Assembly: GCA_964384595.1 (NCBI GenBank) | Contig: CAYLLY010000003.1 | Location: 198-64,197 of the forward strand | DNA from: an uncultured Nitrospirales bacterium | GTDB lineage: Bacteria; Nitrospirota; Nitrospiria; Nitrospirales; NS-4 | Length of the DNA: 64,000 nt | Reading direction: 5' to 3' | In this document: positions 9,113 through 18,360 of the stretch, piece after piece | Layout: each line of letters starts with the position of its first letter | Position numbering within the stretch: position 1 is the first letter of the stretch | Made by a program: the position numbers and the translations under genes | Notes under the pieces: model-generated | The model's input: only the letters and a program-made list of their open reading frames with translations | What the model was told of the DNA's origin: nothing | Databases searched by the model: none

Positions 9113-9982
9113 GTGCGGCCTTTCTCACTCATTTTGGCTGCGCTTCTCGTCACGCCGGCAGCCCAGGCGGCCGCAGCGGATGAGGTCGTCGACCTAGGGC
9201 GGCACCTCGCCGCCATCGCGCAGCTTGCCAGGCCGTCGCCTATGGTCCTGGTCACGGAAGGCCGGTTCCTCATGGGCACCATCCGAAAAGACGACGATCC
9301 CTATGGGATGGAGGCCCAGTTCGACGACACCGAGATACCGCAGCGCCGCATTTGGCTCGACACCTACGAGATTGACCGCGATGAGGTGAGCCTGGCCGAG
9401 TACCTTGCGTGGTTGCAGGAGCAGCGCCGCCCGCCGCCGGAGGAGTTGCAGCGTCTGATCCGGCACCTCGTCAGCGTGCACAGCCTGCCGGATTACGTCA
9501 TGGCGCGCTGGCCCGCGCTGTACGTCGTCTGGCAGGAGGCGGCGGACTTCTGCCGGAGCCGGGGCAAGCGTCTGCCGACGGAGGCCGAGTGGGAGAAGGC
9601 GGCACGGGGGCCCAATGGCAACCTCTTTCCGTGGGGCAAGGCGAAGCCGGAGTGGGGGCTGGCGGTGTTCGGACAGTACCACGTTCACGAGATCCCGCTC
9701 GTGGCGGCGGTGGACAGCGGGGAGGAAGGACGCAGTCCCTTCGGCCTCCGTCACATGGCGGGCAACGTGGCGGAGTGGGCGCAGGACTGGTTTGGGACCG
9801 ACTACTATGTCGTGATGCCGGAGCAGAACCCCCAGGGGCCTCCGACCGGCCGATACAGGAGCGTGCGCGGCGGCTCCTGGAAGAGCAAGCCGGGCATGCT
9901 GCGGACAGCGACCCGGGGCGGCGCCGTGCCGGACCAGCGCGCGGCGACCATCGGATTCAGATGCGCCCGACCGGTGCCGTGA
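9113..9982 (+). CDS. Formylglycine-generating-enzyme (FGE/SUMF1, DUF323) family protein, secreted (second copy)
   Basis: FCRSRGKRLPTEAEWEKAARG, GNVAEWAQDWF, RGGSW, TIGFRCARP. GTG9113 chosen because it gives the signal peptide VRPFSLILAALLVTPAAQAAA and avoids a long overlap with the HEAT gene. The start remains uncertain (track ORF begins at 9044). Confidence 0.82.
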   Translation: MRPFSLILAALLVTPAAQAAAADEVVDLGRHLAAIAQLARPSPMVLVTEGRFLMGTIRKDDDPYGMEAQFDDTEIPQRRIWLDTYEIDRDEVSLAEYLAWLQEQRRPPPEELQRLIRHLVSVHSLPDYVMARWPALYVVWQEAADFCRSRGKRLPTEAEWEKAARGPNGNLFPWGKAKPEWGLAVFGQYHVHEIPLVAAVDSGEEGRSPFGLRHMAGNVAEWAQDWFGTDYYVVMPEQNPQGPPTGRYRSVRGGSWKSKPGMLRTATRGGAVPDQRAATIGFRCARPVP

Positions 9983-10000
9983 AGAGGCCGTGCCCTTGCG

Positions 10001-10999
10001 TCAGTGCCCGGGCGAACTCTTCGGTTTCCCCTTTGCGCCGCCGCCCGGCTTGCTCTTAAGACGGTTGAGCTCGAGGACCTTGTCGGCCAGCACCTGTTTG
10101 GTCTCGGCGAGTTCCCGGCGGAGCCGATCGAGTTCCTCGCTTTGGTCCTGCCGGTTCCGGAACTCCCGTAATCTAGCTCGAAGCTCCTGGTTGGAGTCCG
10201 TCAATTCTTTGATCTGACGCTGGAGCGACTCAAGGATTTCTGAGCCTGGAGCCGGCGCCGCAAGAGGGGACGGCGTTGGAACAGCCTGAAGCGCGCCTGC
10301 CACTCCTGAGGCTCTCCCGGACGGAGGGGCGGGACTCTCGGCCTTGCGGCCGGCGTCCACGTCCGGCGCGGCGACGACCGGCGGCTCCTTGAATCGCCGC
10401 ACGTTGACGGCGACCTCAGTCGGGTGCCCTCCCAGCCATCGTCGCCCGGACTCCTTTTGCTGCTGGACCACCGCATCCGCCGGCTCGTAAGAGAGATCAA
10501 ACCCTTCTTCCGGCGAATCGTAACTCACCTGGCCGAGGGACCGGAATTTGGTGAGCGTCATGTAGAACAGGGGACCGCGCCAGTAGACGGCGCCGCTCGT
10601 CTCCTCCCGGCCTCCCATCCCGCCGGTCCGCGCCAACTGGAACGCCACGCGATCCCGTGGAGACGCGGCCTTGAGTCCGCTGCGGAGCGCAGTCGCGACG
10701 CGAGGCAGTTCGTCCTCGCGAAACACTGGTTCGTGCGGGGATTCGGCAAGCAACGATTGGAGAAGGCCCGTCCGCTTGTGTGCTTTGAGCCCTCTCAGGA
10801 TCACGGCGAGTTGGTCGGCAGTGACGTTCCGCGCATCCGTGTCCGTGGTTGGCGCGGCGTCGCCCGCGGGGTTGGGCTCCAGGCGCACCATCAGGAAGTC
10901 ATCCTGGTAGATCGGAGTCGAGACGGTCTGGAGCAAAGCGCATCCGCCCAGCGCGAGAACAAGCATTACCGTGGTCCATGCTCGTGTGCTCTGTCTCAT
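10001..10999 (-). CDS. Lipoprotein with C-terminal coiled coil (function unknown)
   Basis: Lipobox LALGGC near the N-terminus. C-terminal heptad-like segment LESLQRQIKELTDSNQELRARLREFRNRQDQSEELDRLRRELAETKQVLADKVLELNRLK, then a basic tail. Confidence 0.7.
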   Translation of the reverse strand: MRQSTRAWTTVMLVLALGGCALLQTVSTPIYQDDFLMVRLEPNPAGDAAPTTDTDARNVTADQLAVILRGLKAHKRTGLLQSLLAESPHEPVFREDELPRVATALRSGLKAASPRDRVAFQLARTGGMGGREETSGAVYWRGPLFYMTLTKFRSLGQVSYDSPEEGFDLSYEPADAVVQQQKESGRRWLGGHPTEVAVNVRRFKEPPVVAAPDVDAGRKAESPAPPSGRASGVAGALQAVPTPSPLAAPAPGSEILESLQRQIKELTDSNQELRARLREFRNRQDQSEELDRLRRELAETKQVLADKVLELNRLKSKPGGGAKGKPKSSPGH

Positions 11000-11306
11000 C
11001 CCTGTTCTCCTGCGTGTGAACCTGGCGCGTCATTCTAGGGAAGCCTCTTCAGAATCACAAGTTGAAGCAGCAAGCATTTCAGAATCGCCCGTCAATTTCA
11101 CGGCTCGTCGACGGGTAAGTTCGGGAAATTGTGCCTCAGCTTATGGGGCGCGCATGTCCCATATTGCGTCAGCCTCAACATCTGTATGGGGAGCCGGCAA
11201 AGCGTTTGATCCACAACATATTGAATTGAAACGCATTTTACATGATTTCAAGATGAGGCGTGATGGTATTGCTCTTGCTCCCATTTCTTAGAGGAGCTTA
11301 TCGGGT

Positions 11307-13715
11307 ATGGGCATGTTTCGCTCAAGTCTTAAGCGGACCATCATCGTGTATATCTTTTTTGTAGGTCTGATCCCTTTGGGGATCGGCGCTACGCTCGTCT
11401 ATTTCTACGGAACCCGCTCGCTGCAGGATTCGATCGGGATGGGCTTTCAGGAGCTTGCGGTCGAGACTTCGCATCAGGTGGATGCGGTTCTGGAGGCGGA
11501 AATCCAGCGCATGCGCGTCATCGCCAATGTTCCGGTCATCATCAAAGGCCTGGCCTACCGGGCCAACCGACGCTATGACGGCATGCCCGAGGAAGCCGTC
11601 AGGAAATTGCTGGCCAGGCAGGAGGAGGCGTGGGGCGGCAACCAGCTCTCCGATCATGAGGTGTTGTCCAACCGCGCGGCCCGCTTCCTCGTCGAGACCA
11701 AGGAGCTGGCCGGGGACACGATCATGGGGATCCTGGTCACGGACATCCATGGAGTCGTCATCGCCGCCACCTCTCGTCCGAAGCGGTTCACGCACGCGCA
11801 CGAGGCCTGGTGGAAAGGCGCGCTTGACCCGGCCGGGTCCGGTTTCTATATCAGCGATATCGTCGAGAAGGGGCAGGGCACCTTTGCTTCCCAGGGAGAC
11901 ACCCTCGACATCGCCATCCCGATCATGGACGCCAGCCAGGAAAAGCCGGTGGGTGTGCTCAAGGTGTGCTACCGGTTCGACAATCTGTTTGCCCTGATCA
12001 ACAAGATCCGCATCGGCCAGACGGGCCACGGGATGCTGTTCGCCTCCGACGGCACCCCGCTGATTTGCCCGATCCTTCCCCGGACGGCTCATCGGATGGA
12101 TGGCGGGCTGCTCCGGATGATCGTCTCCGAGAAGCCGGGTTGGGTCGTGGCGGAAGATGACGGGCATGGGGCCCGTCAGACCGTGGTCGGTTTCGCGCCC
12201 CTGCAGGGCCTCAAACATCTCAGGGGGGACAGCCTCGGCGGGAAGACCTGGCACGTGTTCATAAGGCAGCATCCGAGCGAGAGCTTCGCCCCGCTGCGGG
12301 ACCTGCTCGTCAAGGTCGGAGGGGTCGGAATCGTCCTCGTGGGGTTTCTGGCCTTCCTCGGCAACTTCGTGGGAACGAAGCTTGTCCGGCCGATCCAGAC
12401 TCTCCACGACGGGGTGGAGGCGATTCGGCGGGGTGACCTGTCCCATCGCGTGTCCCTCAGGACCGGCAATGAACTGGAAGCCCTGGCCGAAACGGTCAAC
12501 AACATGGCGCAGCAGTTGAACGCCTCCAAGGCCGAATTGGAAAGCTGCAACCGTTCCCTCACGGAACAGGTGACCGAGCAGACGAAGGAGCTGACCCGGC
12601 AGGTCCGGCGGATGGATGCGATCCTGAACAACATGGCCGAGGGGCTCATCATCATGAACAGCACATGCGACATCGAGTTCATGAATCCGGCCGCCAGGAC
12701 GCTCTACGGGATGAACATGGGGAAGCGTTGGTCAAATCTGCTCTATGGCCGGGTGAGCCCCTGCACGGAATCCGATCATGCCTGCCCGACCCCCGACTGC
12801 CCGGTTGGCGCCTTGCTTTCCGGGAGTCGCGACGTTTACCAGTACGAAACGAGGGACCAAAAGGGGCGGACCCTGCAGGTCAATATGGTTCCTACCGCCG
12901 GTGAGGAGGGAGAGGGGCTGATCGTTGTTCTCCTTCGGGACGTCAGCCGGGAGTCCAAGCTGAAGAGGCAACTCATGCTCTCCGAGAAACTGGCGACGAT
13001 GGGGAAGATGGCCGGCGGGATCGCCCACGAGATCAACAACCCGTTGGGCATCGTCCTCAACCGGATCGAGTGCATCGAGCGCGAAGCGCGGGGACAGGGC
13101 GTTCCCGCCGGCTTTCTGAAGGACCTCGCCGTCATCAGGAATCACGCCAGCCGGATCGTGCGGATCACCAAGAGCCTGCTGACGTGCTCCCGCGATTCTG
13201 CCATGACGCTGAAGCCGCTTGATGTCAATACGATCGTCAAGGACGCGATGGCTCTCGCCGGAGAGCGGCTGCACAAGGCGGGAGTCAGGATCACGAGCGA
13301 GCTCGCGGAGAACCTGCCCGCCGTCATGGGAGACAAGGACAAGATCGAGACGGTCATCGGGAACCTCCTGGATAACGCCATTGACGCGGTTCCCGCCTCG
13401 GGCGGAACGGTCACGGTGCAGACGCGGAATGTGACTCTCAGCAGGAGCGGCGGTGTGGAGATCGCCGTCTCGGATAACGGACCCGGGGTCTCCCCGGAAT
13501 TCTCGGAACGGGTGTTCGAGCCCTTCTACACGACGAAGCCAGCCGGCAAAGGGACGGGGCTGGGTCTGTTTCTCTGTTATGCGATCGTCAAGGAGCACAA
13601 AGGCGAAATCACCGTGGTCCCCAAGCGGGAGGGCAGAGGCAGCACCTTCCTCGTCACGCTGCCGGGGCTCGAAACTCGAGTCGGGGAGGAAGAGGAATGG
13701 ACGGCAAAATTCTGA
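11307..13715 (+). CDS. Sensor histidine kinase (two TM helices, periplasmic Cache-like domain, HAMP, Cys-containing PAS, HisKA, HATPase)
   Basis: TM1 IIVYIFFVGLIPLGIGATLVYFY and TM2 VGGVGIVLVGFLAFLGNFVG. HAMP RPIQTLHDGVEAIRRGDLSHRV. H-box HEINNPL. N/G boxes DNAIDA, DNGPGV, GTGLGL. Confidence 0.9.
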   Translation: MGMFRSSLKRTIIVYIFFVGLIPLGIGATLVYFYGTRSLQDSIGMGFQELAVETSHQVDAVLEAEIQRMRVIANVPVIIKGLAYRANRRYDGMPEEAVRKLLARQEEAWGGNQLSDHEVLSNRAARFLVETKELAGDTIMGILVTDIHGVVIAATSRPKRFTHAHEAWWKGALDPAGSGFYISDIVEKGQGTFASQGDTLDIAIPIMDASQEKPVGVLKVCYRFDNLFALINKIRIGQTGHGMLFASDGTPLICPILPRTAHRMDGGLLRMIVSEKPGWVVAEDDGHGARQTVVGFAPLQGLKHLRGDSLGGKTWHVFIRQHPSESFAPLRDLLVKVGGVGIVLVGFLAFLGNFVGTKLVRPIQTLHDGVEAIRRGDLSHRVSLRTGNELEALAETVNNMAQQLNASKAELESCNRSLTEQVTEQTKELTRQVRRMDAILNNMAEGLIIMNSTCDIEFMNPAARTLYGMNMGKRWSNLLYGRVSPCTESDHACPTPDCPVGALLSGSRDVYQYETRDQKGRTLQVNMVPTAGEEGEGLIVVLLRDVSRESKLKRQLMLSEKLATMGKMAGGIAHEINNPLGIVLNRIECIEREARGQGVPAGFLKDLAVIRNHASRIVRITKSLLTCSRDSAMTLKPLDVNTIVKDAMALAGERLHKAGVRITSELAENLPAVMGDKDKIETVIGNLLDNAIDAVPASGGTVTVQTRNVTLSRSGGVEIAVSDNGPGVSPEFSERVFEPFYTTKPAGKGTGLGLFLCYAIVKEHKGEITVVPKREGRGSTFLVTLPGLETRVGEEEEWTAKF

Positions 13716-15073
13716 TCATAGACGACGAGCCGGAGCTGCTCGAGAATTGCCGCCGCATCCTCTCAACGAGCGGCTATCGGTGTCTGACCGAAACCGATCC
13801 GGTCAAGGCCATTGGCGAGATCGAGCGGGAACACCCCGCCCTGATCCTGACGGACCTGAGGATGCCGACCATGAGCGGGATCGAAGTGGTGAAGGCGGCC
13901 AAGAAAATCGACCCGGATTCGGTGGTGATCTTGTTTACCGCCTTTGCGGCGGTGGAGACGGCCGTCGCCGCCATGAGGGAAGGGGCCTTCGACTACCTCT
14001 CGAAGCCGTTCTCGTCCGCCGATTTCGAGCTGGTCGTGCAGCGGGCCATGGAGCACTACAACATCCTCCATGAGAACAAGTATCTGCGCTCCCAGCTCCA
14101 GGAGCGTTTCTGCTTCGACAAGGTGATCGGCGTCAGCGAGGCGATGCAAGAGGTGTTCTCGCTTGTTCAGAAGGTCGCCAAAGCCCAGTCGAATGTCTTG
14201 ATTTACGGGGAAAGCGGGACGGGGAAGGAACTGATCGCGCGGACGATCCACGCGAACGGTCCCCGTGCGGCCAGGCCGTTCATCCCCGTCGACTGCGGCT
14301 CCCTGGCGGAGACGCTTCTGGAGTCCGAGCTCTTCGGGCACGAGAAAGGGGCCTTCACGGGCGCCCATGCGACCAAGCAGGGCTTGTTTGAGGTGGCCGA
14401 AGGGGGCACGATCTTTCTGGACGAAATCGGGGGGATGAGTCTGAACCTCCAGTCTCGCCTGCTCCGTGTCCTCCAGGAGCGCCAGGTCAGGCGAGTCGGC
14501 GGCACGAGATTTCTTGACGTGGATGTCCGGGTTATTTCGGCCTCGAACCGGGACCTGAAGGAAGCGATCAAGAACGGGACGTTCCGCGAAGACCTGTTTT
14601 ACCGTCTGAACGTGGTACAGATCACTCTGCCGCCCCTCCGTGGCAGAGCCGGGGATGTCCCGATCTTGGCGAACGCCTTTCTGCGACACTTTGCGGAAGC
14701 CAATAAGGAGACGGTCAAAACGCTTGACCCGCGCACGGTCCGCTGCCTTGAGGAATATCACTGGCCTGGCAACATCCGGGAACTGAGGAACGTGATCGAG
14801 CGCGCGGTCACCCTGGTGGATGGCCCGACGTTGTTGCCCGAGCACCTTCCCGAAGGCATCAGGTACGGGGCTCTCGAAGAATCCCGGGCCGAGGGGTCGA
14901 CGATGATGGCTGCGAAACAGGCCATCATCGGCGCCTTCGAGCGCAATTACTTGGTGGACCTGCTCAAGAGACACAAGGGACACATCGGGCACTCGGCCCA
15001 AGAGGCCGGGGTGGATCGGAAGACAGTCGAGCGCATGCTCAAGAAACACGGCCTCAAAGCCAACGGGAACTGA
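13697..15073 (+). CDS. Sigma-54-dependent response regulator (NtrC family enhancer-binding protein)
   Basis: Receiver ILIIDDEPELL...LILTDLRMP. AAA+ Walker A GESGTGKE. Sigma-54 contact motif GAFTGA. C-terminal HTH HSAQEAGVDRKTVERMLKKHGL. Overlaps the kinase gene by 19 nt. Confidence 0.92.
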   Translation: MDGKILIIDDEPELLENCRRILSTSGYRCLTETDPVKAIGEIEREHPALILTDLRMPTMSGIEVVKAAKKIDPDSVVILFTAFAAVETAVAAMREGAFDYLSKPFSSADFELVVQRAMEHYNILHENKYLRSQLQERFCFDKVIGVSEAMQEVFSLVQKVAKAQSNVLIYGESGTGKELIARTIHANGPRAARPFIPVDCGSLAETLLESELFGHEKGAFTGAHATKQGLFEVAEGGTIFLDEIGGMSLNLQSRLLRVLQERQVRRVGGTRFLDVDVRVISASNRDLKEAIKNGTFREDLFYRLNVVQITLPPLRGRAGDVPILANAFLRHFAEANKETVKTLDPRTVRCLEEYHWPGNIRELRNVIERAVTLVDGPTLLPEHLPEGIRYGALEESRAEGSTMMAAKQAIIGAFERNYLVDLLKRHKGHIGHSAQEAGVDRKTVERMLKKHGLKANGN

Positions 15074-15075
15074 TC

Positions 15076-18000
15076 TTACTTCTCCTTCGCGCCACGCAGG
15101 CTCTGCAACAGCTTGAGTGCCGGCTCGTGATAGGGATTGATCTGCAGCAGTCGCTCCAGCTCCGCGATGGCCAGTTCCCTCCGGTGAGCTTTCAGGTAGA
15201 CATCGGCCAGATGTAAACGGGCCTCCGTGCTGCCGGGATAGAAGGTGAGGACGTGTAGCAGCGCATCGCGCGCTTTCTCGAAGTCTCCGGCCGCGTGATA
15301 GGCCCCGGCGAGGGTCAGGTAGTATTGATAGTCCCGCTCATTCTGTGGACCCATCTCCTGCAGCAGCTCGATGGCCGGGCCTAACTCCCGGCGCTCGGCA
15401 AGAATGCCGATCAGTGCGGACCGCGCCGTCTTGTCGCTCCGGTCGCGCGTGAGGGCCTCCGCGTACATGACCCTCGCCTTCGAAAGGTCTCCCTTGAGGC
15501 CGTAGACCTGGCCCAGCACCTTGCGGGCTTCGGTCGAGTCCGGCGAATATTTCAAGGCCATGGTCGCCGAGGTCTCGGCCCCTTCGATCTGGTGCAGCTT
15601 CAAATTGATCTGCGCCAGCCGAATGTGGGCGGGACCGTTCTCCGGCGACCGCTGAATGTTGGACAGCAGGCGGTCCCGTTCCTGCCGGAGGCGGGGGCCG
15701 TCCCGTTGCAGTTTTTCATAGGCGATCCTCATCGAGTTTCGCGCGCGCTCCTGGTGGAACCGGACGTTGCCGTCCGCAGGGTCGATGACGGCGGCCTCCT
15801 CGAGTGCGGCCTCATCCCCGAAGAAGAAATACCGTTGCATGGCACGCGCGAGAACCTGCCGCTCCTCCACGAGGCGCAGATCGTCCGCGCTCGCGCCTCT
15901 CAGGTACGGTTGGATGCTCGTCTGATGCCGGTCGAAGCTCTGGGTGCTGAGGGGCGTGTTCCCGCGAACGGCATGCTTCTGACTGTAGGGCAGGTCGTCG
16001 GTGTTGGTGCGATGTTCATCACCGATGAATCGCGCGATCGCGTCCGGATCCATGACGAAAAATCCGGCCAGGCGGGCCGCGCGGTCCAATTGGTATTGTT
16101 TGAGCCGGACCGTTGCGGACGCCTGGTCGAGGCGTTTTTGAATCCGCGGCAGATCGAAGATAAAGGGGCCCGGTGTGGCGATCAGGAAGGCCTGGTCGGT
16201 CCCATAGATGTTCCAAAGCGTGGTGTTCGGGAAGACCGTGGTGAAGGTTTTGAGCAGGATGCGGAAGTTTTCGACCGAGATGTCGCTGAGCGGGATCCAT
16301 TGGGCGAAGACGCCGTCCGGCGTCAGGCGATTCCTGACCGTGCGGTAGAACTCCTCCGTATACAAGATCCAACTGTCATACGCGCGGGGATGAGTCGAGT
16401 CGGAAATGATGACGCCGTACCGTTTTGAACTCCGCAGCAGGAAATTGCGGCCGTCTTCGGCGACAAAGCGGAATCGGGGATCGTGGTAGACATCACCGTT
16501 GATCTCCCGGAAAAGCTCATTGATGGAGGCCACGTCCGGATTCAAGTCCACGCACGTCAGGGATGAGACCAGCCCGGAGCCCAAGGTCGCCCCGGAGGCG
16601 ATCCCCGCGCCGAACGCCACCATGAGGGCCTCCTGCGGAGCATCGGAGGGGTGCATGACGGCCGGCAGGAGACCAAGGAGCTTGAACAATTGCACGTGCC
16701 CGAAGCGCGTGGACGCCTCTTCGACGCCGTTCAGGAACATATCGCGAAATCCGAGCCACGGGAAATCCAGGACGATCGCCGTGGCGACGGCTCCTTCATG
16801 GTACAGGCGGACCGCCGGGTCGGGATCCTGCCCGCTGTAGGAGGCCAGCTTGCGCGTGTACAGGTCTTCCAGTACGTGCGGGCGATAGGCCAGTACGCCG
16901 ATCGCCAAGAGCGCTGCGGCCAGCGCGACTCCCAATTTCTTCATGGGAGCCTGAAGCGCCAGCAACAGGAGCAAACCGGCCCCCAGGCACGCCACGGAGA
17001 AGACGGCCAGGACGCCTTCGATTCCCAGAAGCGGGACCAGAAAGGCGTTGGTGAGGCCGGACCCGAGCATCCCGCCGACAGTATTCACCGCGTACAGAGT
17101 GCCGGCGTTGCTCACGGAGGCCGAGGGACCGAGAGGGGACCGGAGCACGCGAATGGCCAGCGGGAGGAGGCTGCCCAGGATGCATGCCGGCACCAGGAGA
17201 ACGATCACCACGAATGTGTCCGGCAAGTGTGTTACCCGGCCGAGTTCGACCTGCGAGAGGTGGAGGAGAAGAAGGGGGGGCGCCAGAACGGCCGGACCTG
17301 CCAGCATGGTGAAACCGGCCAGGGCCGGTCCGCTTCCTTGGACATGCGAGCCCAGGACCGTCGCTCCCAGCGCGCTGAGCCCCACGCCCATGAGGAAGGC
17401 GGTGACGACGAGGGTGAAGACGAGCAGCTCGTTCCCGAAATACAGGATCACGAGCCTCGTGACGAGGACTTCATATGAAAGGGCGATGAACCCGGTCACG
17501 AAGGTGCTTATGAGGACGATGTATCTCAGGGCCGGCGGGAAAACGGGGTCAGACCCCGTTTTGTCGGCGGGTTCTCCCTCTCCCCGAAGAAGGAAAACGG
17601 GGTCTGACCCCGTTTTCGCCTTCGCGAGCCCTTCGATTGCCAGCCCGCCTGAAGCCGCCAGGAGACTCAGGCCGCATGCCCATGCGAGTGTGAGGTCGGC
17701 CCCCCAGCGAGGCAGCAGGAAATAGCCCGCCACAACGGCTCCGAACGCCGCGCCCAGGGTGTTCACCCCGTAGAGATAGCCGGTGCGGGACGCGGTCAAG
17801 GGCGAGCCGACCGAGGCTGAGCCTGCCAGGATGGCTGGAAACGTCGCGCCCATCAGGAACGCCGGGACGAAGAGGCAGGCAAAGGCAAAGGCCAGCCTCA
17901 CGAGCTGCATCACGGGAAGAGACGCGGAGTCGCCGGCGACTAGGAGGTAGAGCTGTGATGCCGGATCGAACAAGTAAGGAGAAGAGACCGCATAGGCGCC

Positions 18001-18330
18001 GACACCGACCTCCAGCCAGGCGTACACCCTCAGGGACGGCCGTCTCCGGCTGAGCATGCGGCCGCTCACATAGCTTCCGAAGGCCAGACCACCCATGAAG
18101 GCGGCCAGGATCATGCTGGTCGCCGCGAGTGTGTTGCCGAGGACCAGCACGAGCATCCGCGCCCAGGTGATCTCGCAGATCAGGCTGCTCGCCCCGGACA
18201 GGAAGAAGATCGAGTAGAGCAGGATGAGTCGGGCGCGAGAAGAATTGGGGTCAGAGTCGGATTGTTGGTTTTTTGCCAGGCCCACGGTCTTCGCACTCCT
18301 CAAAAATCGACTCTGACTCCAATTCTTCAA
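15076..18330 (-). CDS. Fused polytopic membrane / spermidine-synthase-like methyltransferase-fold / TPR protein
   Basis: 1084-aa ORF. N-terminal multi-TM part (LLYSIFFLSGASSLICEITWARML...). Central SpeE-like fold (ALMVAFGAGIASG...VDLNPDV...YGVIISDSTHP). C-terminal TPR repeats. The start is a TTG at 18330 with GGGG 5 nt upstream, so the start is uncertain. Confidence 0.82.
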   Translation of the reverse strand: MKNWSQSRFLRSAKTVGLAKNQQSDSDPNSSRARLILLYSIFFLSGASSLICEITWARMLVLVLGNTLAATSMILAAFMGGLAFGSYVSGRMLSRRRPSLRVYAWLEVGVGAYAVSSPYLFDPASQLYLLVAGDSASLPVMQLVRLAFAFACLFVPAFLMGATFPAILAGSASVGSPLTASRTGYLYGVNTLGAAFGAVVAGYFLLPRWGADLTLAWACGLSLLAASGGLAIEGLAKAKTGSDPVFLLRGEGEPADKTGSDPVFPPALRYIVLISTFVTGFIALSYEVLVTRLVILYFGNELLVFTLVVTAFLMGVGLSALGATVLGSHVQGSGPALAGFTMLAGPAVLAPPLLLLHLSQVELGRVTHLPDTFVVIVLLVPACILGSLLPLAIRVLRSPLGPSASVSNAGTLYAVNTVGGMLGSGLTNAFLVPLLGIEGVLAVFSVACLGAGLLLLLALQAPMKKLGVALAAALLAIGVLAYRPHVLEDLYTRKLASYSGQDPDPAVRLYHEGAVATAIVLDFPWLGFRDMFLNGVEEASTRFGHVQLFKLLGLLPAVMHPSDAPQEALMVAFGAGIASGATLGSGLVSSLTCVDLNPDVASINELFREINGDVYHDPRFRFVAEDGRNFLLRSSKRYGVIISDSTHPRAYDSWILYTEEFYRTVRNRLTPDGVFAQWIPLSDISVENFRILLKTFTTVFPNTTLWNIYGTDQAFLIATPGPFIFDLPRIQKRLDQASATVRLKQYQLDRAARLAGFFVMDPDAIARFIGDEHRTNTDDLPYSQKHAVRGNTPLSTQSFDRHQTSIQPYLRGASADDLRLVEERQVLARAMQRYFFFGDEAALEEAAVIDPADGNVRFHQERARNSMRIAYEKLQRDGPRLRQERDRLLSNIQRSPENGPAHIRLAQINLKLHQIEGAETSATMALKYSPDSTEARKVLGQVYGLKGDLSKARVMYAEALTRDRSDKTARSALIGILAERRELGPAIELLQEMGPQNERDYQYYLTLAGAYHAAGDFEKARDALLHVLTFYPGSTEARLHLADVYLKAHRRELAIAELERLLQINPYHEPALKLLQSLRGAKEK
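17540..17562. repeat. Perfect 23-bp palindrome inside the CDS (copy 1)
   Basis: AAAACGGGGTC-A-GACCCCGTTTT, with 11-bp arms. Translated in frame as KTGSDPVF. Confidence 0.9.
17594..17616. repeat. Perfect 23-bp palindrome inside the CDS (copy 2)
   Basis: AAAACGGGGTC-T-GACCCCGTTTT, 54 bp (18 codons) from copy 1. Also translated as KTGSDPVF. Confidence 0.9.
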
Positions 18331-18352
18331 ATTGACCCCAATTCTTCAAATT
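18315..18352. repeat. 19-bp tandem direct repeat spanning the putative start codon of the 15076-18330 gene
   Basis: GACTCCAATTCTTCAAATT (18315-18333) and GACCCCAATTCTTCAAATT (18334-18352), with one mismatch. Confidence 0.85.
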
Positions 18353-18360
18353 CTTCTAGG

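Noticed and set aside
15071-15078. Convergent genes (NtrC-type regulator + strand, SpeE-like - strand) with stop codons only 2 nt apart
   Set aside because: Noted because it leaves no room for terminators, but tight convergent packing is common in compact GC-rich genomes. There is no further structure to report.
17540-17616. The two A4-GC stem-T4 hairpins read as bidirectional transcription terminators splitting the 1084-aa ORF into two genes
   Set aside because: The reading frame is uninterrupted through both copies, with no stop and no new RBS or start after them. Both flanks belong to one membrane-domain architecture. Kept as an in-frame repeat instead; possible attenuation is left as a hypothesis.
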